Shown one piece after another: positions 39,472 through 50,300 of a DNA stretch of 64,000 nt. Positions within the stretch are counted from its first letter, which is position 1. Every line of letters starts with the position of its first letter. The position numbers and the translations under genes are program-made. Under the pieces are notes generated by a model. It was not told the DNA's origin and ran no database searches. It saw only the letters and a program-made list of their open reading frames with translations. The stretch comes from Myxococcales bacterium (GTDB taxonomy: Bacteria; Myxococcota_A; Polyangia; Polyangiales; Ga0077539), in the NCBI GenBank assembly GCA_016792845.1, contig JAEUKH010000043.1:153846-217845 (forward strand), given 5' to 3'.

Positions 39472-40270
39472 GCGAGACGACCGCGGTCACCCGGTTGCGG
39501 AGCCATCGGACGCCCTGATCGCTCAGAGAGCCCGCTGCCCCCGCCCGCGAACAGTGAGGCGCCGAACCCGCCCGCGCGCCCCTCAAAAGAGCGGTCGCCG
39601 CGGTCGGCCGGCCCCACACGCCGCAGCGGTGGACCACGCCCACAACAAAGGGGCGGTCTACTGGGAGGGCCCGTCACGCGTCGGAGTGCGTGCGGAGTTG
39701 AACCCCGGAGACGGGCGCCTACCTACCACCCTTCTTCTCGCTCGGCAAGAGCCCTTCGGCAGAGCGTCGCACCCGGCGATGCCCTCGCCCCGCCCCCCTC
39801 GCCTTCGACCCCCTTCGCCCGCCCCCGACGGGCCCTCACGCTGCGGCCGCCGCAGACCTTCGCTCACACGGATCTCAGCGTGAGCGCGAGGTCATTTTCA
39901 CCGCAACGATGCAACCAGCGGCGCGATCACGGTGACGCGTGCGGCGGCTCGATCTTTTCGGAGCGCCGTCAGCGCGAGGGCCGAGGAGCCGCGTCGCGCC
40001 CGAGGGGGTGATGGGGTGACGGCGGCGCGGGCGCGGGACCAAGCAGGCGGCGTTGATGCCCTCGTTCGAGTGACGGCGGCGCGGGCGCGGGGCGCGGTGT
40101 CACACCGGGGCGGAGGGGCGGCGGAGGGGCGAAGCGGCGACGGCGGGGCGATGGGGCCGATCGAGGCTTGCAAAGCGTTCCGAAGGCGAACTACGGTCGC
40201 GGCTCCCGCGAGGGGCGCTGCGGGGCGATCGCAGCCGCCGAGACAACGGGTTCGAGCACGAGGAGATCGA

Positions 40271-42016
40271 ATGCGATCCACAGGGTTTCTGCGCCGTCTG
40301 GCGCTGGTGGCGTGCCTTGGCCTCACCGTCGTGAGCGCCTCAGGCTGTGCAGACGAAAACGACCCCAAGACCTGGGTCGACAGGCTCCCGACGGCGAACA
40401 AGCGCCCCTCGGCCATGCGCAGGCTGCGCCAGATGTGGGAGTCGAAGCTCGCGAGCACGACGCCCCCGAACAACCTGCAAGACCCGCAGGTTCAGCAGAT
40501 GCGTAACACCATCGTGGGCCCGGTGGCCCAGGCCTTCATCGAGCATCGCGAAGAGATCGCGACCCGCAAAGAGGCCATCGAGATCTTGGCCACCGTCGAC
40601 GACGCGCGGGCCATCCCGGCCCTCCTCGCGGCGCTCGAGTTCAGCCCCGGCAACTCTGAGAGCGAGCGCATCGCGCTGCGCGCGGCCCAGGCTCTGCGTG
40701 ATCTTCACCCGCAGAACAACGCCGACGTCAACCGACGGCTCATCGCCACCATCGACCGGGCCACGGGCAACAGCGGCTCGGCGCCGGCGATCCGCGAGGC
40801 GGTGATCCAGGCCATCGCGGCGGTGGGCGCCCGCGACGCGGTGCCGGTGCTCCAGCGGGTGCTCCGCAAGCCGATCGATCAGCAAGAGATCCGCACGGCG
40901 CGGGCCGCGGCTGACGCCCTGGGCGAGCTCGGCGACACCAGCGCCGACAGCGTCAACGCCCTGGTGTACGGGCTCTTCCTCAATGTGCGCCGCGCGAACG
41001 CGTTTAACAACTGCTCGCGCGCCCTCGTGAAGCTCGGCCCCGACGCCGCGGTGCCGGCGCTCATCGCGACGATTCAGAATCAGAACCCCGACGTCACGGT
41101 GCTGATCAACTCGTACGCGGGCCTGCCCGGCGTTCAGCCGCCGCCGCCCGGATACCAGCAAGCGACGGCCATCGACGTGCTGCGCAATTTCGCCGACCCG
41201 CGCGGCATCGAGCCGCTTCTCACGCTCTTGCGCGACCACGAGCAGACGCCCAACGTGCGCGGCGCTTCGTCTGAGGCGCTCGGGTACACCGGGCTCGCCC
41301 TGCCCGCCGCCGACCCGCGCCGGGCCACCATCTTCGACGCGCTCGCGACGGTGTTTCGCGAGGGCACCCCGGGCGGCGAAGACGACATGGCCCCGAGCGT
41401 GGCGCCGGCCCTGGTGCTCTTGGGTGACTCGCGCGCGGTGGGCGTGATCGAGCAGCGTTTGCAGTCGCGGCAGCTCCAGGGGGCCGACACGGTGGCGTAT
41501 CGTTTGGGCCTGCTCATGCCGCTCGCCTCGGCGGTGCGCCACGACAGCTGGTCGACCTTTGATCGCTTCGCCACCGCGGCGAGCGCGCAGCTCACCCAGC
41601 TCGTGGCGCAGAACCCCGACGCCCAGTCTGAGATCGCGCCGGTGCAGACGCAGCTCGCGACGATCCGCGCGGTGGCCCAGGTGGCCCACGACTGCAACGA
41701 CGGCGACCTCGCGTGCTACCAATCGAAGCTCAGCGACGCCGAGAAGAACGTCGTGCGAAAGGCCGCCTACATGATCGCGTGGACGGGCGGCGAGAACCCC
41801 GCCGCGCGGCAGGCCCTCTTGCAGCACGCCGACCACGTCGACCCGCTCGTCCGGCGCTCGATCAACATCGCCATCGACAGCCTCTCGCCGCACGGCTGCG
41901 CCGAGTGCATCACGCGGCTCGAAGGCGTGATCACCGCCGAGCGCGGCCAAGAGAGCAAATCGCTCATGCACCTCGAAGCGCAGATGCTCATCGCGCGGCT
42001 CCGTAGCCGACGCTGA
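40271..42016 (+). CDS. HEAT-repeat lipoprotein
   Basis: ATG at 40271 is preceded by 'aggag'. 'LALVACLGLTVVSASGCAD' lipobox. Repeated 'ARxAIPALLxAL...' HEAT/PBS-lyase-like units. Confidence 0.7.
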   Translation: MRSTGFLRRLALVACLGLTVVSASGCADENDPKTWVDRLPTANKRPSAMRRLRQMWESKLASTTPPNNLQDPQVQQMRNTIVGPVAQAFIEHREEIATRKEAIEILATVDDARAIPALLAALEFSPGNSESERIALRAAQALRDLHPQNNADVNRRLIATIDRATGNSGSAPAIREAVIQAIAAVGARDAVPVLQRVLRKPIDQQEIRTARAAADALGELGDTSADSVNALVYGLFLNVRRANAFNNCSRALVKLGPDAAVPALIATIQNQNPDVTVLINSYAGLPGVQPPPPGYQQATAIDVLRNFADPRGIEPLLTLLRDHEQTPNVRGASSEALGYTGLALPAADPRRATIFDALATVFREGTPGGEDDMAPSVAPALVLLGDSRAVGVIEQRLQSRQLQGADTVAYRLGLLMPLASAVRHDSWSTFDRFATAASAQLTQLVAQNPDAQSEIAPVQTQLATIRAVAQVAHDCNDGDLACYQSKLSDAEKNVVRKAAYMIAWTGGENPAARQALLQHADHVDPLVRRSINIAIDSLSPHGCAECITRLEGVITAERGQESKSLMHLEAQMLIARLRSRR

Positions 42017-42170
42017 GCCTTCGCGCGGCGTGCGTCGGCAGACCCCGTCGGGGGCCCTTCGGGCGGCCCTCAGACGGGGTCCGTCGTTTGGGGCCGAAGG
42101 GGCGAATTTTGCTTCTGGCGCCTTCACTGAGGGGATGGTGAGTCGCGCGGGCTTAGGCTAGGGTGGCGTC

Positions 42171-44201
42171 GTGATTCGACTGGAGGTTGAGGTTGGCGAG
42201 GTGAGGGGTCGCGCGACCGAGCGTGACGCCGCGGAGATCACCCTGGGCCGCGCGCCGAGCTCTGACCTGCTCTTGCCCGACTGGCACATCTCGGGCTCGC
42301 ACGGCGTGCTGCGGGTCTTGCCCGAGAGCGGCGCGGTGCGGTACCGCGACCTGCGCAGCACCAACGGCTCGCGGGTGCGACGCGGCAGCGCGCTTCTGCC
42401 GGTCGACGGCTCGGTCGAGTTCGAGCAAGAGCTCCAGCCGGGTGATCGCCTTGAGCTCGGCGACCCGCAGCACGCGGTGGTGGTGAAGGTGAGCTTCACG
42501 CCCACCGCCGCCAAGGGGCCCTTTCTGCCGCCGACGGCCTCGGCCTTGAGCGCGACGATGCCGGGCGGCGAGGGCGCGGCCCGGGGGGTGCTTCGCGGCT
42601 CGACCCAGGTCGAGGTCGACCCCGAGGCCCACGTGGTGGCGCAGCGCGCGGTGGCCGACGTGGGCGAGGCGCGGCAGCAGGTCGAGCGCGACCCGGTGTC
42701 GTTCAAGACGGTGCTGGCGGCGCTCCAGAAGCTCTCGGGGGCGCTCGAGCTCGACGAGGTGCTCGACGCGGTGGCCGACGCGGTCTTCGAGGTGGTGCCG
42801 CGGGCGACGCACCTCACGGTTCACCTCCGCGACGAGAGCGTCGAGAAGCCGACCTATGTGCCGGTGACGACGCGGGTGCGCGGTGCGACGGGCATCCCCG
42901 CAGAGCCGGTGCCGGTGACCCGCTCGGTGGTGCGCAAGGTGATCGAGCAGCGCGCCGCGGTGCTCGCGGCCGACGCGATGCGCGAGGTGGGCGAGAGCGC
43001 CAGCATCATGGGCGCGAAGATCCTCTCGACGATGGGCGTCCCCTTGTGGAAGGGTGAAGACATCCCGGGCATTTTGCAGGTCGACAATCGCGCGAGCGCG
43101 GGCATCTTCAAAGAGCGCGACCTCGATCTCTTGATGGTGGTGGCGCAGCAGGCCGGCCTGGCCCTCGCCAACGCGCGGCTCTACCAGCGGGTCAAGCTCG
43201 CCGAGGCCAGCGCCCGCAGCGAGAACAGCTTTCTCAAGCAGCGGGCCCAGAAGAAGTTCGAGCGCATGATCGGCGACAGCAGCGCCATGCGCCAGCTCTT
43301 CGAGAAGCTCTCGAAGGTCATCGACACCCGGGTCACGGTGTTGATCGAAGGCGAGACCGGCACCGGCAAAGAGCTCGTGGCGAGCACCATTCATTATCAG
43401 TCTCGCCGAAAAGAGAAGCTCTTCATCGCGCAGAACTGCGCGGCGCTGCCCGAGACGCTGCTCGAGAGCGAGCTCTTCGGTCACAAGAAGGGCGCCTTCA
43501 CCGGCGCCACCGAAGACAAGAAGGGCCTCTTCGACCTGGCCGATGGCGGCACGCTCTTTCTCGACGAGATCGGCGAGATGCCACTGGGGCTCCAGGCCAA
43601 GATCTTGCGCGTCCTTCAAGAGGGCGAGGTGCGCCCGTTGGGCTCTGGGGTGACCCGCACCGTCGACGTTCGCATCGTCGCCGCCACCAACCGTAAGCTC
43701 GAAGACGAGGTCGCGGCGGGGCGCTTCCGGCAAGACCTCTATTATCGCTTGCAGGTCTTCCCGGTGCGCATCCCGCCCTTGCGCGAGCGTCGTGAAGACA
43801 TCCCGATTCTGGCGAACCACTTTTTGAAGCGGTACGCCCACGAGATGGGCAAGGCCATTCACGGCTTCTCTCAGCAGACCCTTGAGCTGATGATGAGTTA
43901 CAACTGGCCCGGCAACGTGCGCGAGCTCGAGAATGAAGTGCAGCGCCTGGTCATTCAGTCTGACCCGGGCGGCTACGTGATGGCCGAGCACCTTTCTCCG
44001 CGCATCCGCAACATCGAGGGCATCCTCGACAAGATTCGCCCCCCGCGGGGCACCCTCAAAGACATGATCGAGCACATCGAGAAGTGGCTCCTCATCGAGG
44101 CGTTGCGCGAACACGGTAACAACAAGAGCGCCACCGCGAAGACCTTGGGCATCACCCGCGAGGGTCTGCACAAGAAGCTGAAGTCGTACGGCATCAGCTG
44201 A
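42171..44201 (+). CDS. Sigma-54-dependent transcriptional activator with N-terminal FHA and GAF domains
   Basis: FHA-like N-terminus ('ITLGRAPSSDLLLPDWHISGSHG'). GAF region. AAA+ with 'GETGTGKE' and 'GAFTGA'. C-terminal Fis-type HTH ('ATAKTLGITREGLHKKLK'). Confidence 0.9.
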   Translation: MIRLEVEVGEVRGRATERDAAEITLGRAPSSDLLLPDWHISGSHGVLRVLPESGAVRYRDLRSTNGSRVRRGSALLPVDGSVEFEQELQPGDRLELGDPQHAVVVKVSFTPTAAKGPFLPPTASALSATMPGGEGAARGVLRGSTQVEVDPEAHVVAQRAVADVGEARQQVERDPVSFKTVLAALQKLSGALELDEVLDAVADAVFEVVPRATHLTVHLRDESVEKPTYVPVTTRVRGATGIPAEPVPVTRSVVRKVIEQRAAVLAADAMREVGESASIMGAKILSTMGVPLWKGEDIPGILQVDNRASAGIFKERDLDLLMVVAQQAGLALANARLYQRVKLAEASARSENSFLKQRAQKKFERMIGDSSAMRQLFEKLSKVIDTRVTVLIEGETGTGKELVASTIHYQSRRKEKLFIAQNCAALPETLLESELFGHKKGAFTGATEDKKGLFDLADGGTLFLDEIGEMPLGLQAKILRVLQEGEVRPLGSGVTRTVDVRIVAATNRKLEDEVAAGRFRQDLYYRLQVFPVRIPPLRERREDIPILANHFLKRYAHEMGKAIHGFSQQTLELMMSYNWPGNVRELENEVQRLVIQSDPGGYVMAEHLSPRIRNIEGILDKIRPPRGTLKDMIEHIEKWLLIEALREHGNNKSATAKTLGITREGLHKKLKSYGIS

Positions 44202-44217
44202 GGCGGGTGCACCCGCC
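44202..44217. promoter_or_regulatory. Perfect 16-bp palindrome GGCGGGTGCACCCGCC immediately after the FHA-GAF activator stop codon
   Basis: Seen directly in the sequence. Either a terminator stem or an operator upstream of Cys-rich paralogue 1. Confidence 0.4.
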
Positions 44218-44341
44218 GCATGGGGATTGTCTCCCGCGGCCGAAGTCAGCTACCTTCGCGTGACGAGGTCTGCGAGCGGCGAGGGCGACCCGTAGTGGGC
44301 GGCGACGTCTTCGTGGGCCTTTCAATTTGGAGGCGACGAAG

Positions 44342-47152
44342 ATGTCAACCCGAAGGCGATGGGCCGGGCCGACGGTGCCGGTCTGGGCTCTTTCAGTGCT
44401 TGCGGTGCTTGGGTGTAGCGGTCGGTCGGTGGTGGGCGGCCCTGAAGACAGCGGCGCCCCGGCGAGCGATCGTCCGACGAGCAACATCGACGCCGCCGAC
44501 GCGGCGGCCGACAGCGGCAATGACGCGGGGGCCGACATCGGCTTCGACAGCCCCGACACGGGCCCGCCGCCCGATGTGTTCTCGGGGTGTCGCACCAACG
44601 CAGACTGCTCGGGCAACGAGTTCGGGTACCGCGTCTGCAACACGATGACCAACAGCTGCGTCGAGTGCACGGCGCAGAGCGAGATGTGCGGCGAGGGCGC
44701 GTACTGCGACCCCACCACCAACCGCTGCGCCCGCGGCTGCCGCGACGACATGGCCTGCCGCGCGGGCACCGTGGCCGTCGACGGCGGCCTCGCCGACGCG
44801 AGCGCGGGCCCGGGCCTCTTCTGCAACCCCAACACCCGCACCTGCGTCGAGTGCGTCTCGAACGACCAGTGCCCGGCGGGCAACCTCTGCATGGGCAACC
44901 AGTGCGTGCGCGGGTGCACCGACACGAGCCGCTGCGCCGCGGGCGAGAGCTGCTGCGCCGGGGCCTGCGTGAACACCCAAGACAACACCGCCCACTGCGG
45001 CATGTGCGGCACGCTCTGCCAGGCGCCGAACGGCGAGCCCGCGTGCAGCATGGGCCGCTGCGTCGTCGGCTCGTGCATGGGCAGCTTCCGCGATTGCGAC
45101 GACAACGTCGGCAACGGGTGCGAGACCAACACCAACAACGACCTCAGGCACTGCGGCGGCTGCGGCCGCGCCTGCGAAGAGCGCCCCAACACCGCGGCGT
45201 CGTGCGCGATGGGCGTCTGCGAGTACCGCTGCCGCGACGGCTTCGCCGACTGCAACATGGACCCCACCGACGGCTGCGAGGTCGACCTCAACAACAGCCC
45301 CGCCCACTGCGGCATGTGCGGCAACCGCTGCGCCCGCGACAACGCCACCGCGGCGTGCCGCAACGGCACCTGCGCCCTCGGCGCCTGCAACGAGGGCTTC
45401 GCCAACTGCGACATGATGGAGCCCAACGGCTGCGAGGTTGACACCCGCACGAGCACGACCCACTGCGGCACCTGCGGCACGATGTGCTCGGCCCCGAGCA
45501 ACGGCACCAGCGCGTGCGCCAACGGCAGCTGCTCGGCCCGCTGCGCGATGCCCTTCGCCGACTGCAACGGCGAGGCGGGCGATGGCTGCGAGGCCAACCT
45601 CAACGAGAACGTGCTCCACTGCGGGAGCTGCGGCAACCGCTGCTCGATCCCCAATGCGACGGGGGTCTGCCAGATGGGGGCCTGCGCCATCGGCGCCTGC
45701 AACGACGGCTTCGCCGACTGCAACATGAACCCCGCAGACGGCTGCGAGACCAACCTCAACGCGAGCGTGGCCTCATGCGGCCGCTGCGGCAACGCGTGCC
45801 GCACGCCCAACGCCTCGCCGGCCTGCCGCAACGGCACCTGCGCCATCGGGGCCTGCAACCCGGGCTTCGCCGACTGCAACGGCAACCCCGCAGACGGCTG
45901 CGAGACCGTGGTCAACAGCGACATCGCGAACTGCGGCCGCTGCGGCAACGTCTGCCCCCGCCCCTCGAACGGCAGCCCCATCTGCACCAATGGCACCTGC
46001 GGCATCGGGGCTTGCGCCTCAGGCACCGCCGACTGCGACATGAACTCGGCCAACGGCTGCGAGACCACCATCAGCAACAACCTCAACAACTGCGGCGCCT
46101 GCGGCCGTATGTGCCCGACCCCCGCGAACGGCAGCGCCGTGTGCGTGGGCGGCGTGTGCAGCCTCGGCACCTGCAACACGGGCTTCGTCGACTGCGACCT
46201 CAACGCCGCCAACGGATGCGAGGTCAACGTCACCACCGACGTCAACAACTGCGGCGGCTGCGGCCGTCGCTGCGTCGCGCCCACCGGCGGGTCGGTGACC
46301 TGCTCGGCCGGGGCTTGTATCCAGGCGTGCCCCTCGGGCCAGCTCAACTGCAACGGCGTCTGCCGGGCCTCGGGCAGCTGCACGAGCGCGGGCACCGGCG
46401 GATGCCAGACCACCGGGAGCCTGAGCTGCTCGGGCACCACCACGGTGTGCTCGGCCACGCCCCGCACCTCGGGCGCCTGCACCACCCCGGTGAACGGCGT
46501 CTGCGGCTCGGGCGGCGTCTGCGCCTGCGCCGCGGGTCAGACCAACTGCAGCGGCACCTGCCGCGCCCTCGCCACCGACAACGCCAACTGCGGCGCCTGC
46601 GGCAGCGTGTGCACCGCCCCGGCGGGCGGCTCGGCCACCTGCACCGGGGGCACCTGCGTGATCACCTGCCCCGCGGGTCAAACCAACTGCGGCGGCACCT
46701 GTCGGAACCTCACCGCAGACAACGCCAACTGCGGCGCCTGCGGGCGCGCGTGCGCGACCAACCAGGCCTGCGTCGCGGGCGTCTGCGTGGGCCAAGGCTC
46801 GCTCCGCTTCACCCTCACCTGGGACACCAACGGCGACATGGACCTCCACGTCTTGCCCCCCTGCGGCACCGAGATCTACTACGGTCGCCTCTCGGCCTGC
46901 GGCGGCACCCTCGACCGCGACGACACCTCGGTGCGCGGCCCCGAGAACGTGTTCTGGAACTCCTCGTACACGCCCGGTCGGTACTACGTCTGCGCCGAGT
47001 CGTACTCGAGCGCCGTGTCGCGCGCGAACTACACCCTCACCGTGGTCCGAAACGGCGTCACCGTGCGCACCGTCACGGGCAATCGCGGCGGCGTCACCGA
47101 CGGCAACCGCGCCTGCGGCCCCGGCTTCAACCAGCTCACCATCGACCTCTGA
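44342..47152 (+). CDS. Giant secreted Cys-rich repeat lipoprotein, paralogue 1
   Basis: 'ggagg' RBS then 'MSTRRRWAGPTVPVWALSVLAVLGCSG' (lipobox). Start may instead be 44327. About 13 copies of a ~48-aa module 'CGxCGxxCxxxNxxxxCxxGxCxxxCxxGFADCDxxxxNGCExxL'. Ends in a shared ~110-aa C-terminal domain ('LRFTLTWD..GDMDLH..PPCGTEIYYG'). Confidence 0.75.
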   Translation: MSTRRRWAGPTVPVWALSVLAVLGCSGRSVVGGPEDSGAPASDRPTSNIDAADAAADSGNDAGADIGFDSPDTGPPPDVFSGCRTNADCSGNEFGYRVCNTMTNSCVECTAQSEMCGEGAYCDPTTNRCARGCRDDMACRAGTVAVDGGLADASAGPGLFCNPNTRTCVECVSNDQCPAGNLCMGNQCVRGCTDTSRCAAGESCCAGACVNTQDNTAHCGMCGTLCQAPNGEPACSMGRCVVGSCMGSFRDCDDNVGNGCETNTNNDLRHCGGCGRACEERPNTAASCAMGVCEYRCRDGFADCNMDPTDGCEVDLNNSPAHCGMCGNRCARDNATAACRNGTCALGACNEGFANCDMMEPNGCEVDTRTSTTHCGTCGTMCSAPSNGTSACANGSCSARCAMPFADCNGEAGDGCEANLNENVLHCGSCGNRCSIPNATGVCQMGACAIGACNDGFADCNMNPADGCETNLNASVASCGRCGNACRTPNASPACRNGTCAIGACNPGFADCNGNPADGCETVVNSDIANCGRCGNVCPRPSNGSPICTNGTCGIGACASGTADCDMNSANGCETTISNNLNNCGACGRMCPTPANGSAVCVGGVCSLGTCNTGFVDCDLNAANGCEVNVTTDVNNCGGCGRRCVAPTGGSVTCSAGACIQACPSGQLNCNGVCRASGSCTSAGTGGCQTTGSLSCSGTTTVCSATPRTSGACTTPVNGVCGSGGVCACAAGQTNCSGTCRALATDNANCGACGSVCTAPAGGSATCTGGTCVITCPAGQTNCGGTCRNLTADNANCGACGRACATNQACVAGVCVGQGSLRFTLTWDTNGDMDLHVLPPCGTEIYYGRLSACGGTLDRDDTSVRGPENVFWNSSYTPGRYYVCAESYSSAVSRANYTLTVVRNGVTVRTVTGNRGGVTDGNRACGPGFNQLTIDL

Positions 47153-47175
47153 GACAGAGCGCCCCACAGGCACTC

Positions 47176-47203
47176 CGGGCCTGACCCGGAGTGTCTGATC
47201 GCC
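47176..47203 (+). terminator. Stable hairpin (cactccggg-cctga-cccggagtg) 24 nt after the stop of Cys-rich paralogue 1
   Basis: 9-bp perfect stem, followed by a second short inverted repeat (agtgtc...gacact). There is no U-tract, so it is an intrinsic-terminator-like or attenuator-like structure only. Confidence 0.4.
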
Positions 47204-47397
47204 GGACACTCGTTCTCTGCGCACTTACAAACATTTTCATAGCTCCGCGGGCTCGTAGTTTTGAGCCGCAGGTGACGCGGCGAAACTTCCGCACGGGGGC
47301 GATTCGTGCGACATTCTGAGGGCCATGATGCTTCGTCGTGGGCCTCGGGCGCCCACGCGACGTTTTCGATTCGCTTCTACGAGAGGACATTTGCGCA

Positions 47398-50300
47398 ATG
47401 AAACAGGCTGAAAAGCTGGCGCTCCTGTCGACGTTTCTGGTGGCCCTCGCGGGCTGTACCGGCGCGTCGGTGGTGGGCGGCCCCGGGGGCGACGCCTCCA
47501 CAGGCACCGACGTACAGGGCAGCGATGCCGACGTCGCCACCCTCGACACGGGCAACGACACAGGCGGCAACGACACAGGCGGCAACGACACAGGCGGCAA
47601 CGACAGCGGCCCGGTCGATGCAGGCCCCACCCGGTGCATGTCGAACAACGACTGCATGGGCAACGCCGCGGGCGGCGTCTGCAACACCATGACGGGCCAG
47701 TGCGTCCAGTGTCTCGGCAGCGAGACCTGCGAGGCCGGTCAGTACTGTGACACCGCCACGAGCAACTGCGTGCGCGGCTGTCGCGACGACAACGCCTGCA
47801 ACACGGCGATGGGCGGCGGCGGCGGCGGCGACGACGCTGGCACCGGCGCGATGCTCCGCTGCAACCCGATGACCCGCACCTGCGTCGAGTGCTACGAAGA
47901 CGCCCAGTGCCCGGCGGGCACGCTCTGCCGCGGCAACAGCTGCGTGCGCGGGTGCACCGATTCGAGCCGCTGCGCGATGGGCGAGAGCTGCTGCGCGGGC
48001 GCCTGCGTGAACACCCAGAGCAACGCAGACAACTGCGGCACCTGCGGCACGGTCTGCAATGTGCCGAACGCCCAGGCGGCCTGTGCGATGGGGCAGTGCG
48101 CCGTGGGCTCGTGCACCGGCGACCGCCGCGACTGCGACAACATGGTCGGCAACGGCTGCGAGACCGACACCAACTCCAGCCTCATGCACTGCGGCGGCTG
48201 CGGGCGCGTCTGCAACACGCCGCCGAACGCGACCGCGAGCTGCACCGCCGGGAGCTGCGGCTTCACCTGCGTGACCGGCTTCGCCGACTGCGACAACGAC
48301 CCGGCCAACGGCTGCGAGACCGACCTCAACTCGAGCGCCGACAACTGCGGCACCTGCGGCACGCGCTGCATGCTCACCAACGCCACGGCGGCCTGTATGG
48401 CGGGCCGCTGCGCGGTGGCCGCCTGCGCCAACGGCTTCGGCGACTGCGACACCAACGCGGCCAACGGCTGCGAGACCAACATCCAGACCAGCACCTCGCA
48501 CTGCGGCACCTGCGGCAGCGCCTGCGCGATGCCCTCGAACGGCGCGGCGGCCTGCACCATGGGCAGCTGCGGCATCGCGATGTGCGGCGCCGGCTTCGCT
48601 GACTGCGACGGCAACACCTCGAACGGCTGCGAGACCAACACCCAGACCAGCGCCACCCACTGCGGGGCCTGCGGCGCCGAGTGTCGGCTCAACAACGCCA
48701 CCGCGTCGTGCGCCGCCGGGGCCTGCGCCGTGGCGACCTGCACCACGGGCTTCGCCAACTGCGACAACAACGCGGCCAACGGCTGCGAGGTCAACACCCG
48801 CGGCGACGTCAACAACTGCGGCGCCTGCGGCACCGTGTGCGCCGCCAGCAACGGCACCCCGAGCTGCAACGCCGGGGCCTGCACCGTCGGCAGTTGCAAC
48901 GACGGCTTCGCCAACTGCGACTCGAACAACGCCAACGGCTGCGAGACCAACACGCAGACCGACACCAACAACTGCGGCGCCTGCCGCAACACCTGCAACC
49001 TCGCCAACGCGAGCTCGGTGTGCCGCGGCGGCTCCTGCGCCATCGGCACCTGCAACGCGGGCTTCGCCGACTGCGACGGCAACGCCGCCAACGGCTGCGA
49101 GACCAACACCAACACCTCGCTCTCGGCGTGCGGCATGTGCGGGCGCGTCTGCAACACCGCGAACGGCACCCCGGTCTGCACCAACGGCGCCTGCGGCGTC
49201 GGCGCCTGCGACACGGGCTTCGCCAACTGCGACAACAACGCGGCCAACGGCTGCGAGGTGGTGGTCCAGAGCGACATCCGTAACTGCGGCTCCTGCGGCC
49301 GCGTGTGCCCCACGCCCTCGAACGGCAGCGCGGTCTGCACCCTCGGCCAGTGTGGCATCGGCACCTGCACGTCGGGCACCGCCGACTGCGACAACAACAC
49401 CGCCAACGGCTGCGAGACCAACACCAACACCAGCGTGCTGAACTGCGGCGCCTGCGGCCGCACCTGCCCCACGCTGCCCAACGCCTCGACCACCTGCACG
49501 GGCGGTCTCTGCGGCCTCGGGGCCTGCGCGACGGGCTTCGCCAACTGCGACAACAACCCCACCAACGGGTGTGAGACCAACCTCACCAACACCGTCGGGT
49601 CGTGCGGCGCCTGCGGCCGCGCGTGCAGCTTCGCCAACGCGTCGGCCACCTGCGCCAACAGCACCTGCGCCCTCGGCACTTGCAACGCGGGCTTCGCCAA
49701 CTGCGACGGCAACGCGGCCAACGGCTGCGAGACCAACATCAACACCACCCTCGCGGCCTGCGGCGCTTGCGGCCGTGTCTGCGCCGCCCCCACCGGCGGC
49801 TCGGCCACCTGCACGGGCGGCACCTGCGTCCAGGCCTGCCCGGCGGGTCAGTCGAACTGCGGCGGCGTGTGTCGCCCCACCGGCGCGGCCTGCACCAGCG
49901 CGGGCACCGGTGGATGCGCCCAGACCGGCACCATCGTGTGCTCGGGCACCACCACCACCTGCTCGGCCGTGCCGCGCACCTCGGGCACCTGCACCGCGCC
50001 CGCGGGCGGCACCTGCGGCGCGGGTGGCGTCTGCGCCTGCCCCACGGGCCAGACCAACTGCTCGAACACCTGCCGCGCCCTCACCACCGACGTGAACAAC
50101 TGCGGCGCCTGCGGCCGCATTTGCACCGCCCCCACGGGCGGCTCGGTGACCTGCGCGAACAGCACCTGCGTCCAGGCCTGCCCGGCGGGTCAGTCGAACT
50201 GCGGCGGGGTGTGTCGCCCCACCGGCGCGACCTGCACCAGCGCGGGCACCGGCGGATGCGCCCAGACCGGCACCCTCGTGTGCTCGGGCACCACCACCGC

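Noticed and set aside
39472-40270. Possible tRNA (metY-like) or other structured RNA upstream of rimP
   Set aside because: No acceptor-stem/T-loop (GTTCRANYC) arrangement or anticodon-loop context could be traced on either strand. This is recorded only as an unexplained region (see findings).
40340-42127. 595-aa minus ORF over the HEAT-lipoprotein gene
   Set aside because: The plus frame has a signal peptide, lipobox, RBS and HEAT periodicity. The minus frame is Arg-rich with no features.
42153-44171. 672-aa minus ORF over the sigma-54 activator gene
   Set aside because: The plus frame carries unmistakable FHA, GAFTGA and HTH motifs. The minus frame is antisense noise.
47153-47397. Canonical sigma-54 promoter (TGGCAC-N5-TTGCA) upstream of Cys-rich paralogue 2
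   Set aside because: No GG-N10-GC element with acceptable flanks was found by eye. Only hairpins and an inverted repeat cgtgggc-N7-gcccacg are present, so the sigma-54 dependence stays an inference from gene context.
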